Shown: in pieces, positions 29,352 to 43,721 of the stretch
Layout of the letters: every line of letters starts with the position of its first letter
How positions within the stretch are numbered: position 1 is the stretch's first letter
Assembly: GCF_037042905.1 (NCBI RefSeq)
Contig: NC_087246.1
Span: forward strand, 4,216,001-4,280,000
Reading direction: 5' to 3'
DNA length: 64,000 nt
Source of the DNA: Lytechinus pictus
Lineage: Eukaryota
Notes under the pieces: model-generated
The model's input: the letters and a program-made list of their open reading frames with translations, nothing else
Databases searched by the model: none
Told to the model about the DNA's origin: nothing
Made by a program: the position numbers and the translations under genes

Positions 29352-29635
29352 AATGATGATAAATAAATGATAAATGATAAATCCATAATTTATTGTTCGA
29401 AAATAGACATGAAATGAAATACTCCGAAAATTTGCTTTGCCCAATTGATCGTGGGCCCGGCAGCCGCTGTGCAGCGCCAGATCGACGAGGCTCTATCCCT
29501 TTAATCGTTGAACGCCAAACAGGGTAGCAGCAACTCCCATCTTTTAACGTCTTTTGGTCTGACGCGGCCGGGGTTTAAACCCCCGACCTCCCGGTTGTGA
29601 GACGGACGCTCTACCAACTGAGCCAACACACCGGT
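29352..29635 (-). mobile_element. tRNA-derived SINE, copy 2 (same family as 2725-3009)
   Basis: Minus strand ACCGGTGTGTTGGCTCAGTTGGTAGAGCGTCCGTCTCACAACCGGGAGGTCGGGGGTTTAAACCCC head, a body shared with copy 1, and a (TTTATCA)n tail. Confidence 0.85.
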
Positions 29636-30540
29636 TTTAGAACGTGGAGAACATGGAGCCTCGATGATGTATCACTGTTGTGTGTATTATTGTAGTGAAA
29701 AGAGTATATGCATGGTGTGAGCGCATGTAAAATAATGTAGGACCGGTGACTGGATAATTATAAAGAATTTAATGAGTACTTTAGTTGAGATCATGGATTA
29801 CACAGTATTCCTTTTATTGATGATCTCTTCTTGTAAGTAGGAATACGTGTTACAGAGCTTGCATTTATCAATCCAAAAATCGCACGTCCAACCGAAGATG
29901 AAAGTAAACGACCCTTTTTGATCTGCTCTTAGAGTAATAAGCTAGTGCTGACATAGTCACTTCATCGCCTTTCAACAATCCTATTTGTCATGGTGGTTTG
30001 CAATGAAAATCCAAGTTTAGAATTGGTGGACTCCCTTTGCGATACCGTTTCAGTTGCTTTCATCTTTCAATCGCAAAGTTCTCATGAATTCCATAGAATA
30101 TCAAATCTGATGATAATCTAAAATCAATTCATTGCGATGATGTAAGCTATAAGAGAAAAGGTAGACGGGCGGAGAAAGTTGAATAAAAAATATGTGCTTC
30201 AAAACAAGGTCTTGGAAAATTATTACAGATTCCGATGGGTCTGTTGGGATTCAAGCGGTTATTTTCAATGAAATCTTGGTGAAAACAAGTCAGTTTATCT
30301 GATTAAATTCTAAACAGAACCCGCTGTTAAAAATATAATAGTATTGTTTACGTTTTAGCTTGATATCGAGCTACCTCCCTCAACTTAAAGAGAGCTCTGA
30401 ATATTTACTAGAATTCGTACAGGTTTGAATTTCAAAGTTCGAAGTGTGTGCTCAGAGCTATGTTTGATTTCATGCACAAGAAATCGAAGAGACGCATGTA
30501 TTTGGGCAATAAATATTGGTCCTTTTAACGATTTATATTT

Positions 30541-30586
<46 letters not shown>

Positions 30587-30663
30587 ACAAAATAATAATA
30601 ATTAAATACTACTACTACTGCTAAAAATAACAGCAAAAACAACAACAACAATATTAATAATAA
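30541..30663. repeat. (CTA)n microsatellite followed by AAT/CTA/AAC triplet runs
   Basis: About 15 perfect CTA units at 30541-30586, then compound triplets. Confidence 0.9.
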
Positions 30664-33600
30664 ACCCTATTTCCTTTATTGCTTATATTATTAATTATTT
30701 TTTTGGCTGTATCATTTTAACCTTGTACATATGATTCTATATTATATAGGGTGTTGAATAAATAAATTGAAATTGAATTTGAACGTGGTTCACAGCCCAC
30801 CCCATGCCGTCACATGACCACAGCCTTAGTATACGCCATTTCTAATGGACTGAGTGGTCAAATAATATTTGTTTACTCGCATACTGACATTTGAACACAA
30901 TGTTCCAACAGGTCTAGTCAAACTATTATTGTTTGTTTACCAAAAAAAACTTCTCATAGGTTCTATCATTATTAGTTCATAAAAGATAGGTGGCCGTTTT
31001 CGGAACGTTTTGAAAACAAAGTTTGTCACTAGCAACCCAACCTCATGGATTAAGAGTTCATAATCGCAGATGAACGGAAAGTCTTTTCTGATGTTGATTG
31101 AATAGCATTTTACATAACTTCGAAGTAAATAACATGAATGATAAAATAAGTTTAGTCTGACCCGCGGAAGATGCATATACATGTGTGTGTAAAGAAATGT
31201 GTAACTATTTTTGAAATAGTTTAGGAAAGGAAAACTTGGACAGGGTCATTGGAAGGATTAATAGAGTAGACCTCATTGAAAGATCAACCTTAAAAATTTA
31301 TTTCCAAGAATATCATACAATTCGAGACATTAAAATGGTCATTTGTATACTAAAATCTCAAAGTGTACAAAAAATATCAAGTAACACAATTAATTCTTTT
31401 TTCTCAAGTAATGAAATCGAAACGGCCTTTATGAGGACAAGTTAACGCGGTGTGAACTCGTATTCAAAAGAAAACGGCTAAGTGATTTTAAGTATTTTTC
31501 TTCCCATATGAGACTTTCAGATTATCATGAAATTAAAAATCATATACATTATCTTACCATTTTTAAGTTTGATAATCAAATGTTACCAATTAATGGAAAC
31601 TCTGTAGGCAATATTAATCCTTTTATACTGATTTTACATTTTTTTTTATTCCATCAAAACCGGCAACATTGTCTGCATCTTCCGATCGATCAGAAAAAAA
31701 TGTAGTCCCTGTATAAAGCATCGTCAAAGATTCAGCTAGAACAGCGGTTTCGAAGTTTGCTCTCATTTTCATGCAACTTTGAAAGCAAAATATCCCAAGG
31801 TATGTTCACGTTCAATGAAAATGGATGGATTAAAGATCATTTCCCATTATAGAGCATCTGGAACTATAAAAACCTATGGCTGGCGTAGTGTTTAACTGGC
31901 AGCAACAGCAGATCAAATACTGCCTAGGGTAGATTAGACGGTGCCGGTTCACGAAGAGAAAACATGAAAGGAAATTACGAGTAAATAGTCTTTTGTGTGA
32001 TTTGAAAAAGCTTGAGGACTTGTTGAGATATAAGTTTGGTCAAGAGGAGAGGAAAAAGTTTATGCCGGAAGAAGGGTATAACTTTTAAGAGAACTGTCAT
32101 AGCATAACCAATGCAGTACATATATATTTATCGATAACAGCCTGCATTTTGGTGAAGAATTATGAAATGGCATCGCCACACATTTTTCATTGGCAATTAT
32201 GAAGCACTTTTCAGAAATTTGACACATCTCCAACATCACAAACTGAAATCATCCACGGTGGGACGCCTAGGCGAAGACTAACCTGTATTTTAGGCTTCTT
32301 ATTTAGTTCCCATTTAAAGAAGGGGTGGGGGCGTCATCGACATGTAATTTGTCCAGTGGGGCTCCCTGATACTGTCTCCTGACGATTTCATCAGGGTACT
32401 TCAATTCAAAAGTTGTGAGAATGAAACAATGGACATGAACACCCGATCTCTGACTATCATTATTCATGCATACAGTATATACCAGTCGGTGTCCCAGTGA
32501 TATATGCTCTCTGTGACATATGAACATATTCATAACAATATCATATTTCTTATAATAACACCGTACCAGGAAATACATGACAAGCAAGAGGGTTGACGTC
32601 GGAAAGCAGATGCCATCATGTACGTTCACTTACCCCTGCAACTGTGTCCCTAACCAAGTAACTAGAGGGGGGGGGGGGGGCACTTCACACCCATTCGCCA
32701 TAACACAGGGTACAATGAGTCAGAACCAGCATGGTCAAAGTCAGAAATTACGAGAGGGCATTTGAGAAAGACTTTGTGAAAATAGGGTCTGGAACAATGT
32801 AGGCCTATCGATAGAGATCCATTTTAAAATACATTCATCCCCCACCAAGCTGCCTCATTTCGCATTTACTTCTTGGAAATATGTAAACACCAACTACGAC
32901 CTACACTTGCAATTAGACCACCTGATACAAATGGGTTTGTTAAATACAGTCGCTCATTAGAAATAAATGTCATCACATAAGGTCCGCACTGTGATATTTT
33001 CTATGTGACTGCGACATTACTCTTTTAATACCTAAGTAACATACTTCAGTTTGCTCTAATCGAAGTGTCATTGCTGATCATCATGTTTGGACCATACTAG
33101 CACTTGCATGTTTTTTTCTAATATTGTCTTGAATGTGCTCTCGTTAAGAATAATGTCACCTTTTCAGAATCAGAACAGGACAATCATTATGCAATTGTTG
33201 ATTCTACAATCTGATGAAATCTCTGCCTCTGAACGACCACACCCTGACAGATCGGATACATCAAAACGACATCAATGTCATCCTTCTTTCTCCAACCTCT
33301 CACAAGTATGTTATTCCAAAAGAGTTTACCACGCAGTTAATTTTATCGCCATAGCAAGGGGTTGGTCATTCCACGATCAAGGGCGAGATTTATACCTTTA
33401 GATACGAGCTGTCGTCGTAATTTTTACTTGTTTGTCAACTTGCCTTTTACATATAACTCATGAATCATCCAGCCCCTGGATGATGATGCTATAGTGCTGA
33501 GGAGGTGGATGGCGTTATTGAATTGTACGCAGATCACGGACTGGGGACATCGCCGTTAGATCTGTAGATCACCGGGAGTCTCTACGATGCCTGTAGTGGT

Positions 33601-36600
33601 ATCCATCTTCTGATCTCTCGTACGGGTTCTGTCACCATGGCCACTGGGTAAGGTCTGCGCCGGTCAATGGTGCCCCTAAAAGAAGAAAGTATATAATTCC
33701 ACTTATGTAAATGACAAATGTATCTCAAGTATGCTTCATTCACCGATAATATTTACTTGTTTCCATTCATATTCCACATGGCATCCTTGAAGTCTAAAGT
33801 AGATGTAAAGCAATTTGGATATATTAGGTAAACAAATAAAAATTCTCAATGTACAATGCAATCACACCAGAAGAAATGTATTGATTTTTTTTTTTTTGAG
33901 TAGTCAGGTCTCAAGACTGCAGTATAGGCCTATACACTTCAGTCCGGTGAACATGTTTCTCTCAGTCCGGCCAGGGGACCAGCAATTTAAATACAGAAAA
34001 CACAACTATGGAGGCCTTCGCTTCATATCGACCTGGACACGGACTCCATAAACACAGTCTATTGACTTTTTATTTAGATACACACATTTTATGATTTCAT
34101 TTTACAATTGTCGGTACCTTTATTCAAGTTGAAAAGGTTAACAAAACTTACTGAAGATACAAAAGAACGGTTAACCATAATTATGATTTCAAATGGTGAC
34201 CAGTGTATTTGCTTTTGGCGGCATATGAAATCTTTATTGGGAATGTTAAACCGGATGAATTTTATCTGTAATAACATGTTTCCGACATAAAGCAAGAAGG
34301 AGAGTGCGAGTTGATTGTTTTTATTAAAAAATATTTGTTTTCACAAAAAATACCAGAAAAAACTCCACTCAAGATGTAATTAAAAGAAAATATATATTTT
34401 TTGCGAGAAGTCTACAACTTAATAATCCATCGCCTTTCTGGTATTTCCAATGGGGATTCGATTTTTAATTACTCTTTAATTTTTTCTTTGTATATACTAT
34501 AGATCTACAATATTAGAATTTCTCAACTCTAAGGAAAAAAACACGCACAAAACTCAATTCAAGTTTCACTGAGAACCCCTTTTTTTCACTGCAGAGGAGA
34601 CCGTATAGTGGGTTCTTACATAGGCAGTGATAATGCTGATCTTATACGAAGAATTTTGAGTAAATTATCTGAAAAAGAAATCCGAATATATCGTCGCCCA
34701 ATGGAGGTCATTATTATGTATGGTAAAGTAATCGATTCGGCATCGAATATACAAGTACATGTATACTGCTCAATTCTTTTCCCTACTTCTTCCGCCGGTA
34801 TACTCTTCATAAACATGGCATCTGGGAAAAACTACTTGTCCAGGCCCCTTAATGGAACCAACATGTCAAGGAATTTCTAACTTTTGTTACATTGTTATAT
34901 CAAGGTCCTAACCATCTAAAATCAACTACTTCCTTTTCTGTGTAGTATACATAAATTTGGGGTTGTTATAAGTGAGCGATCGAAGTTTTTAGGGTAAGAA
35001 TAGAAAGGCAGCATCATTTTTTATGCAATGAAGAGTGTTACAAGTGTCAGGTTTATGAGATGTGACAATTATTATGTAGACAGAAAGAAATTTTATTTTA
35101 ACTAAATATAGTCACAGTAACCGTGAATAGTAACCTTTCCGTGTATGAATTGAGATGAACTTAGTTTTGTAGCCTTATTTATTGATTCTAACAATAAAAC
35201 AATGATATGTATTAGGGCCTACATAAGGGACCAAATTTAAAACAATAAAGAACCCAATGATATTCATAGTTTTCATATTGAGAAGTCGTATCTTGACATG
35301 AGCACGATAAGGATTGCTCAAAAAATGTATCTAAGTTTACAAAGAAAAAAATGCTACTAAAAATCCTACAATTTCAAAGACGTGTGTTTTTACGATTACT
35401 TTTAAAAAAGAGCATCACGAAGGATTAAAATACTTGTACTTCTGTATCATTGTCGTGTATATAAGGCTATTTCCTGATGATATTATTCTGTAATTGCTTT
35501 AATCGTGTTTGTCTGGTAAATCCTACTATGTAACTCTCTTTTTCTTTGGTAGTCGGCACTTCTAAATGTGATGAAAGAAACCGAACAGCCCAGTTGATTT
35601 CAGAGAATGGGAAAACCTTATGGCTTGAGAAACATCTGTAAAAACCGATTATTTTCCTGTCTCACGCCCCCTTTCTACTAATACTTTTTACTGTGCAAAA
35701 TAAAATGTTCGGGAAATATTTTATTTGGGAATATACAGTTTAATAATCCATCGATTCATTTTTCTAAACAAACTATTTGGGATCATCAAGCTATATTAAT
35801 TAATTGGAAGTAATGATTAATATCAATAAGTAATTGGTAAAACTCTAGGTGAATACGTTGAAACGTAGCCCATTTCTTGTTACATTTCCCTAGTTTGAAA
35901 TGTACATGTATAATGTGTAAATCCAGGAAACTACGATGTGAAGCGATTCTTGAGAACATTTCATAAATCACATGAAAAGTTAAAGACATCAACATAGATT
36001 ATCACTTTAAAATGAATAGTGTAAGCTTCTTACTGAAGAGACATTTCTTTTATTTAATTGTTATAATTCTTGAGATGTTAAAAGCAGACTAGGGTCGTCT
36101 CAAAAGTCAGCCCAGAATTTCTTATCGAGATCATCTTGAGCAAGATTGATGAATGGATCAAAATGGTGGAATACCACAATCTACCCGTTCCAAGTAGCCG
36201 ACGAGTCTTCAGATATTCAACTCCTCAATGCCTCCCCGAAGCAGCAGAACTCTCGAAAGATACTCCAAAGTGACAGGCTTGGGTTAGGGTCATTTTACGT
36301 TCCCTGGACTACCATAGGATACCCTTGACCTGCCAAGCTCTATAAAGAGAATATTAGGAGGCACACACAATATACAGGGTAGTTCTTATAAAGAGTTGAA
36401 TGGGGAGTTTTTCGTCCATGATATAAAATTCTGAATACGAAACGAAGGAGAAAATAAATATTGCTATAGGCCAAACGTATTCAAATGAGAAATACAACAA
36501 CACACTTTTTTGATTTGCTATTTTCAATATTCCTCTTTGGCCTACCTTTAGACTTAACTGTTTCTGACAACAAGCATGACGAGAGTTGTAGGAAGAGACG

Positions 36601-37852
36601 AAATAAGAAAGACAAGGAAAAATGATATACATGATGAGGCAAAACATTTGAAGGAGAAATATGAAGGATGGTTTGTAATAAATCATGCCCTCTGGTACTG
36701 CCTTCTCTACTCGCATATTCTTGGTATCAGATTTTCTCCATCAGGTTGACCTGACAGATTTCGCGGGCCAGTTCCTTCTGCTCTTCATCCGTGAAATCCA
36801 CGGAAGATAGCAGGCTATAGCCAGATCATCGGCTAGTCATCCTTTAAAGGTATTCTTATAATGAATCGGTACGTATTCCTAACTACGGGGAAACAGGTCA
36901 AACAGCCTTTCCAGTAATATATATTCACTGCAATGCTTTTACAAATCAATATATAGCCTAAATCTGCGCTCATTATGTTGTGGGTGCCATTACCAGGTCA
37001 TTCCATAGAACGCCAACACCCACGAAAATATAAAAGAAATTTATACACTGATCTGAAACTAGGAATGACTCATGTTAAGCAGAAAATGGCAACAGACCAC
37101 AACAATTGGGATCTGTTAGCTCCCAATTACTATCATTTCTTTTTATAACCAGCAAGGTTTTTGAGATGGAGCACGACGGCTAGAATAAACAGCGGTGAAC
37201 TTCTTCTCTTGCTTGTGGCTTTGACTGACAACAGCAGTTGCGTCTTTTCTTGGCTCAATGATGAGAAACCCAGATACATAAATATGACGGGTTTAGTTCC
37301 AGGAGTTATCCTTCTTCTCCTCCATTCATCATCTTCATCCGAGGCCAATGACCTCGATGATATCTTCCAAGACGATTATGGCATCATACTAGTCATGCTA
37401 GTTGCAATTTCCATATGTTTTATATCATGTTTGAATTAGTTTATGTAATAAAATAATCGTTTGTGAAATTATTTATTTGGAATCGAACGTGTTACGAGGT
37501 TCGAATGATAGTTGAGGATAGGCCTAGATGGTATGTTTTTGAAATGATACACGAAGTTGATGATGAGTAATAACGATAGATATATTGCAATATATCTATC
37601 ATTAACTTCACATATAGCCTTTTATTGGTAGTCTTTATGTGCATCACTTCAGGAGACATAGATTCCAGAGCATAGAAGTCTTGTCAATATAGAACTTTAT
37701 TAATAATCCTTAGAAAATATGAATATTATTGAATGTAACATCCATTTTATAGGCCAAAAATCAAAGAATATGACGAGGTATGTAGGCAAAGACCAAGAGA
37801 ATACAAAGGTCTCTGTAATGTTTCATGGTAAACCATCATCTTGAGATGGAGA

Positions 37853-37982
37853 TGTGTGAACGCGATTGAACTATGGAAACTGAGATTGTTGACTGTGTGT
37901 GAACGCGATTGAACTATGGAAACTGAGATTGTTGACTGTGTGTGAACGCGATTGAACTATGGAAACTGAGATTGTTGACTGT
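37853..37982. repeat. Minisatellite, 43-bp unit x3
   Basis: TGTGTGAACGCGATTGAACTATGGAAACTGAGATTGTTGACTG repeated head-to-tail; CGCGATT at 37861, 37904 and 37947. Confidence 0.95.
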
Positions 37983-39719
37983 ACAGTGGCTCACGGCATT
38001 TGATCCACTTACCATGCTTACAGTATTGACTTGACTTTCCTGTCTCGCTTTTTCTCTCCCCGTTTATGTGATGCTACAGCCTAGACCAGTGTGATAATGG
38101 CCATGTCATGCATGTGGTTAAATAGACCTACACCTTGTATTTACAATGTTTGTGTGCATCATAATACAAGCTCTACACTTCAAATGAACAAGAAGCTAAA
38201 CAGCGTTTGTAAAACCATTCCATTACTTATTTCAGTTCTACAATTACCAACACAAACCTGCTCATTTTACGAAACGTCGGTCCCGACAATATTGGATATA
38301 TTTACTCCTTTTCACTTCTTTTGAAACAAAATAAAATATAATGCAGAAAGGATAACATAAATTACAATCCATAACGATAAGGATGTAAGGGAGTAGCAAT
38401 AATCCATAGGCCTGTCACTGCTACTCCCTGATTTACATCGTAAAATGAAATGTTCCAGTCAACATTTGAGCTTACAATAAAAAATAATCAACAAAGTCAA
38501 CATAAAACTTAAATAGTAAGTATAAAAAGTAACTTTATATTTAGAGATTCAAAAAGGTAGATTTCCATTTTTTTATTTAGTAAAGAGCATTGTTTTTATT
38601 CATAATTTAATAGATAAGTGTACCAACCATTAAAACCAAAATAACTTTTAATTTTACAGACAGTACTTATTAAGCCAATCGCATTTCTAAGTGCGTGTCT
38701 TTTACAAAATTATAATGAGAAACTTCAACAATTTTCACTTCACAATGTACCAACATCTACATACTGAATTCAAATCGCCTCCCCATATTAATCGTGATCA
38801 AATCTGTATTTTCCAAACCCTCATTCCCTTCGAAAAATCGGCCTTGCTCAATCTCAAAATCAAAGAAGCCGCTCAATTTATCATACTTACAGCCCAATAA
38901 GCACACGGCCGGAGGGCCCGTACAAACTACAGTTGTTAAGACATTTACCCCGAGGGATACCATCACTTGGAAGGTTAAAATGTCTGATTTAATGAGGGGA
39001 ATCAATTTATCGAAATGACCAGCAAGATGAATTATATCGAAGAGTGAAAGTTATGCCAGTGCATTCCTGTTGGTCCTTATATACAAAAGTCTGAAAAACC
39101 ACAAAAATGCTTGTAAATATTTCAACGATGAGTTACGTGACGTTAAAATTTCCTTGGGAATCATTATGGATGACCAATGGAATAATTTAAGTACAAATTA
39201 TAAAATATTTCATTTACCTCATTTCATGGAATGGTAGTTAAAAATAATTAAGATTACAAAGGTCTTGTAGAAAAAAAAATAGGAAATTTGATGTGTGTTC
39301 TACACTGTACTGAAGAAAAAACAAACACAGGGGGAAAAATATCATGGAGACACTTTTAAGGCGTCTGTGACCAAAAAATATTCAATTTCGATAATTGGGA
39401 TCCTAACATGCCTAACACATAATACAAATATGTAACACTAGGCCTATAGATGGTAATAAATCGGGATGAAGTTTCTGGCCACTTAATTTTCATTTTTAAT
39501 TTTTGAAACAGTTGCAATGTTCAGGCAGGACTTCGTCTTTTACAACATATTGTAGACACAAGGAATAAATAAGACTTAACAACTCAGATTTTTAGTGTGC
39601 AATGAATGTTAGTCTATGCCTGTAATAAGAAATTTGAGAAATATATCGAATCAGGATCAGCGGGGTGATGTCAGATAATGATTCATAGGAAAGTAAGGAA
39701 ACGTTTAGAGTGGTCTTAA

Positions 39720-40314
39720 AGGGGAATCCAGCCTTGGCCATAAAATGTTGTGTTGGGAAGGAGAAAAATATATTAAACAGAATGGTGAAAATTTGAAAGA
39801 AATCGGACAAGCAATAAGAAAGTTATAGCTGCTTCAAAATTGGGATCACTAATAGTATGTAGATTTCAAATTGGCAACTGGGTAAGTAAATTATGACAAG
39901 GGGCAAGGACAACTTTCCCATAGGCCATGTACTTTATTATCAGGGTTTTGTGGTTTTCTCCTAAGTATCCATTCCCCTGGGGCAGTAATCTAAATATAAC
40001 CCAGGTAGTATATTGTTTAATGTCCTCATGAAAGAAAAATGTAATTTGAAATAAAACTTTTCGGAAAAATGACATTTTAGCCATAATATGTAGTGGAGTA
40101 CATGGAAGAGTAGTCCTTGCCTTACATCACTATGACATCCCATATATGGCCAATTTGAAGTCTCCATGAGTATAGTGATTGTCAATATTTACAACTTTTA
40201 AAAATTCATAACTTTCTTGTTGTTTGTCCAATATTGTTCAAACTTTCACATATCAACTTGTCTAATTTATCTTTTTCTTATGAAAACAAGTTTTTAATTG
40301 GGTTGGATTCCCCT
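39720..40314. mobile_element. Kolobok-type non-autonomous DNA transposon, family C
   Basis: TTAA|AGGGGAATCCAGCC ... GGTTGGATTCCCCT|TTAA. The subterminal AAGAAAGTTAT/ATAACTTTCTT is shared with family A. Confidence 0.85.
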
Positions 40315-41194
40315 TTAAGTATTGATTTTTGAAGTAGGAAAAGGGTCAAGAAGATTCCAATATCACTTACTAAAATATATACTTACTAAAATCTGAGGTA
40401 GATATTAACATGTTGAGCGAGATTGTTACCGGCCGGTCCAGCGTTGAATAATATTTACTCTTGACCGCAACTGTTACCCTGGAATCAATACCAACCTCCA
40501 TTTCTTGAACGGCTTATATGCACTAAACTTTAATACACATGGATTTTACCGTTGAAATGTGCTTTGTTCCACGGGGCCTAGCGTGATAGACCCAAATCAG
40601 CAAGTAGTAATTGGTATCCTGACCTGGACTGTTTAATTACAATAGCCTGTTGGCCTCAATGTGTAGCCTATCATTGTAGGAATTATTAGGTTATTTCATC
40701 CTAAAAGTTCATGTTTTACAGCAAAACATAGTATCACTGTGCTTTCCAAAAGAGATATAGAGAAAAAATATATTGCAATGCATATTCAAAGTATATCCTT
40801 CTTTTTATGAAGTAAGAACAACAGCTGTAATATACATTTCCCTTTCCGATTTCATTAAATGATTTCCAGACACCGGACCGGAAGTATTTCACGTAAAGTA
40901 ACACAACTGACAATCATGATTTGCCCCTCTCTTGGGAACACAGCAATAACTAACGGGGTCCCACTTTTCTCACCATGAAATCTATACACATTTCCCCAAG
41001 CACTTGAAGATTTTAGCCGACCAATATATAGCCTACCCTTCGCAAGTCTTGCGGCTGGTCGCAAGTTTCTCAAAACCATCAAAACCTAGGCATCCAAAAA
41101 CACTATTTTACACCTTGCACCGTAGCATGGTTGCATGACGACCTTTTATCGAGGCCGGCCACACCCTGTGCCTTCCATCCCATCCCGTCCCCAC

Positions 41195-41415
41195 TAAATA
41201 GATAAATAAATACATACATAAAATGAATGAATGAATGAATAAATGAACGAATGAATAAATAGATAAATAATAAAAAATGAATAAATATATGACCTTACAG
41301 ATGACAGAGATTACTCACGGGTCTTATCAAAATGGAGACAACGCTAGAGCGGGGATTAGAACTCACAACCTTACGATCATGAGTCCAATGATGTAACCTG
41401 TAGACCACACGACCC
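41195..41415 (-). mobile_element. Degenerate tRNA-derived SINE with (ATTC/ATTT)n tail
   Basis: Minus strand GGGTCGTGTGGTCTACAGG (A-box-like) ... GAGTTCTAATCCC (B-box-like), followed by a short body and tetranucleotide tail. Confidence 0.55.
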
Positions 41416-41644
41416 GTTGAATAAGTCTAATGCGTTAAAGAGACGGCAAAATCGCCACGTTTGAACTATCAGAAATGTATCATCATGGAATAGGTCTACG
41501 CTAAAATGTCGAGCTGGTTCATTTGACACAAAAAGTGTAAATATAGCATTCAAATGGTCGCCAGGATATTTAAGGTTAAGTTTCTGCGGTGACGGCGTAT
41601 GTTCATGTGTGAGTGGGTGTGTGTGTGTAAGGGAGTATACGTGG

Positions 41645-41813
41645 AGGTACCGCGGCCGAGTGGACTAAGGAGCCTGACTATACATAGAAAGTTCGGGGTT
41701 CGATCCCTGGCCGCGGCACCTATGCCCGTGAGCATTGCATTTAATCGACAATGTTCTTTTATCCTGTGTTCAAGTAAATGAAGGTGTGCACTTGTGTGTT
41801 TGAAAAAAAAAAA
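41645..41813 (+). mobile_element. Degenerate tRNA-derived SINE
   Basis: GCGGCCGAGTGG (A box) ... GGTTCGATCCC (B box), then a CORE-like body and an A-run. Confidence 0.6.
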
Positions 41814-43721
41814 TCGTGCGTGCCTCCGCTTTTATGCAGGTGAGGGTGAGCGGGGAGATGCGTATGAACCGTGATCAGTAATTATTCATTTTACTCTCCA
41901 ATGTCAAAACATACGAATAAATAAAATGGAATTGCCTTGTAACAAAGACATTACCTTCAAATAAACACACAAATGAAATTAATTACAAAAATAATCGAAG
42001 GTTTTCACCTGCGATCTTCCCATTTTCTCTAATGTGATGGAATTGGGAGAGGTCAGAGGATAATTTTTTTTTCTATGAAATCGCATTTGGTTTTGAAGTA
42101 GATTTCAAGGTGCATGGGCAAACTAATAAATTACAATCGTCTGTAAACTTGCTCTTCAAAAACAGCCACACTCGATCGCTAGAATTCCGCCCTAGAGTTT
42201 GAGGTTGCCGAATGTAAATCAAATAAATCTAATGGACGCAAAATGCTCTGTACTTAATAAATTAAGTCGAAGGAGTTCAGACAGGGGAGTCAGTGGACCA
42301 GACTTCATTAAATCATCTCATAATTCATACTCGTACCTTGAAAGACTATATCAATAATATTTTTTTTTTAATGATCATTAGACGTATACGTATAACATTC
42401 ATCTTAAATCCATCCTACAGGCCCCTCTTTTATGTCTTCGGGAACTGTAAAAATTTTGAAAATAATGGATGGTAAGATGAAGTATTGAAATAATGCACTC
42501 AACATAAGGTGAATTTCCTTGATGCATAAGCGAATGATCATGATATTTGGGGTGTCATAAAATGGTGAAAGGGGTAAATTATATAAATATTCATAAAAAT
42601 CAAAATTACTGATGACTTTCGAAAAGAAAATGTTTCATTTTGCAACTTTTGTTACATGTTGTTTAATTTCACTCTTTTCCAGGAGCTATTGGAACTTTAA
42701 CTAAAACTTATCCCTCCTTATCACAGTATTATCAGACTATTATAGACCAACATTAAAATATCAGGTCAAAACATTTAGACAAGAATTATCAAACAAACCC
42801 GGTCGGTAAATTAGAGGAAGTTTATACTGAGGGCATCGTTTTTAGCGGGTTATTTGACAGACGACATTTGGCTTCCCCTGATGAGTATCATACATAGGAT
42901 TGTGTCACTCTCAAGTGGGTGATCGGGTTCTTGGCCGCATGCTTACAAGATAAGCTTGGAATTCCTCCTAAAGAGGGTTCTAACTATGTCTGATTACACC
43001 CTCATTGGGGCAATAATGGAATAAATAGTGCCTTCAGTTGGCCATCTCTGTCACGCCAAATTTTCCGCAATTTCGTAAGTGGATAAAATATTCAAGAACC
43101 AACACAAATGTAAACGAATGGGACAGGGTTGTATCTGATTTACGTGGTACGTCGGCCTCGGCTCCATATCGTCTGCTACAAAACGTTAGTGCAACATGGC
43201 CGATGTCATTTTATGGTGGTTGCAAAGGGATTCGGGTCGCGAAAAAGCCGAGTTCGCGGGATGAATCAAAGACTGATGTCTTCAATGTGTGTTTTATCAG
43301 AACGAGCTGCCATTTTTCTTCGAAATATACATGACAGAATGAAAACTGAAGTCTCATAGATTATAAAGTAACTTGACCATGACTGCTGAGATGTATTAAT
43401 CATACCAAATTCTCTCATTTTTCTTGACATTTTTTGTCGACATCAATAAAATAATACGGGAATGAAAGGATCTAACAATTGTTTTCCTCCAATTCCCTTC
43501 TTTTCTGTTTTTTTCCTATTGACATAAATAACATCGAAATGAAAGGATTAAATAAGAATTATAGTTTTCCTTCTCGATGAGCTTGCGCATAAAATACGTA
43601 AAATTCGTGACTCCTGTCATATTATCTTGGAAGACAATAATGTACCGGAGCAATAATGCACAAAGTTGTGGATAAAATGCCGGTCACTTGATATTTTAGC
43701 AATTTATTGTTTAAATAGTAA

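Noticed and set aside
29560-29635. tRNA-Val(CAC)-like gene on the minus strand (also 2935-3009)
   Set aside because: The D arm is intact, but the acceptor and anticodon stems pair poorly. Similarity between the copies extends ~180 bp past the tRNA part, so this is a SINE head.
37853-37982. CRISPR-like array
   Set aside because: No spacers, head-to-tail identical units, eukaryotic context and no cas genes.
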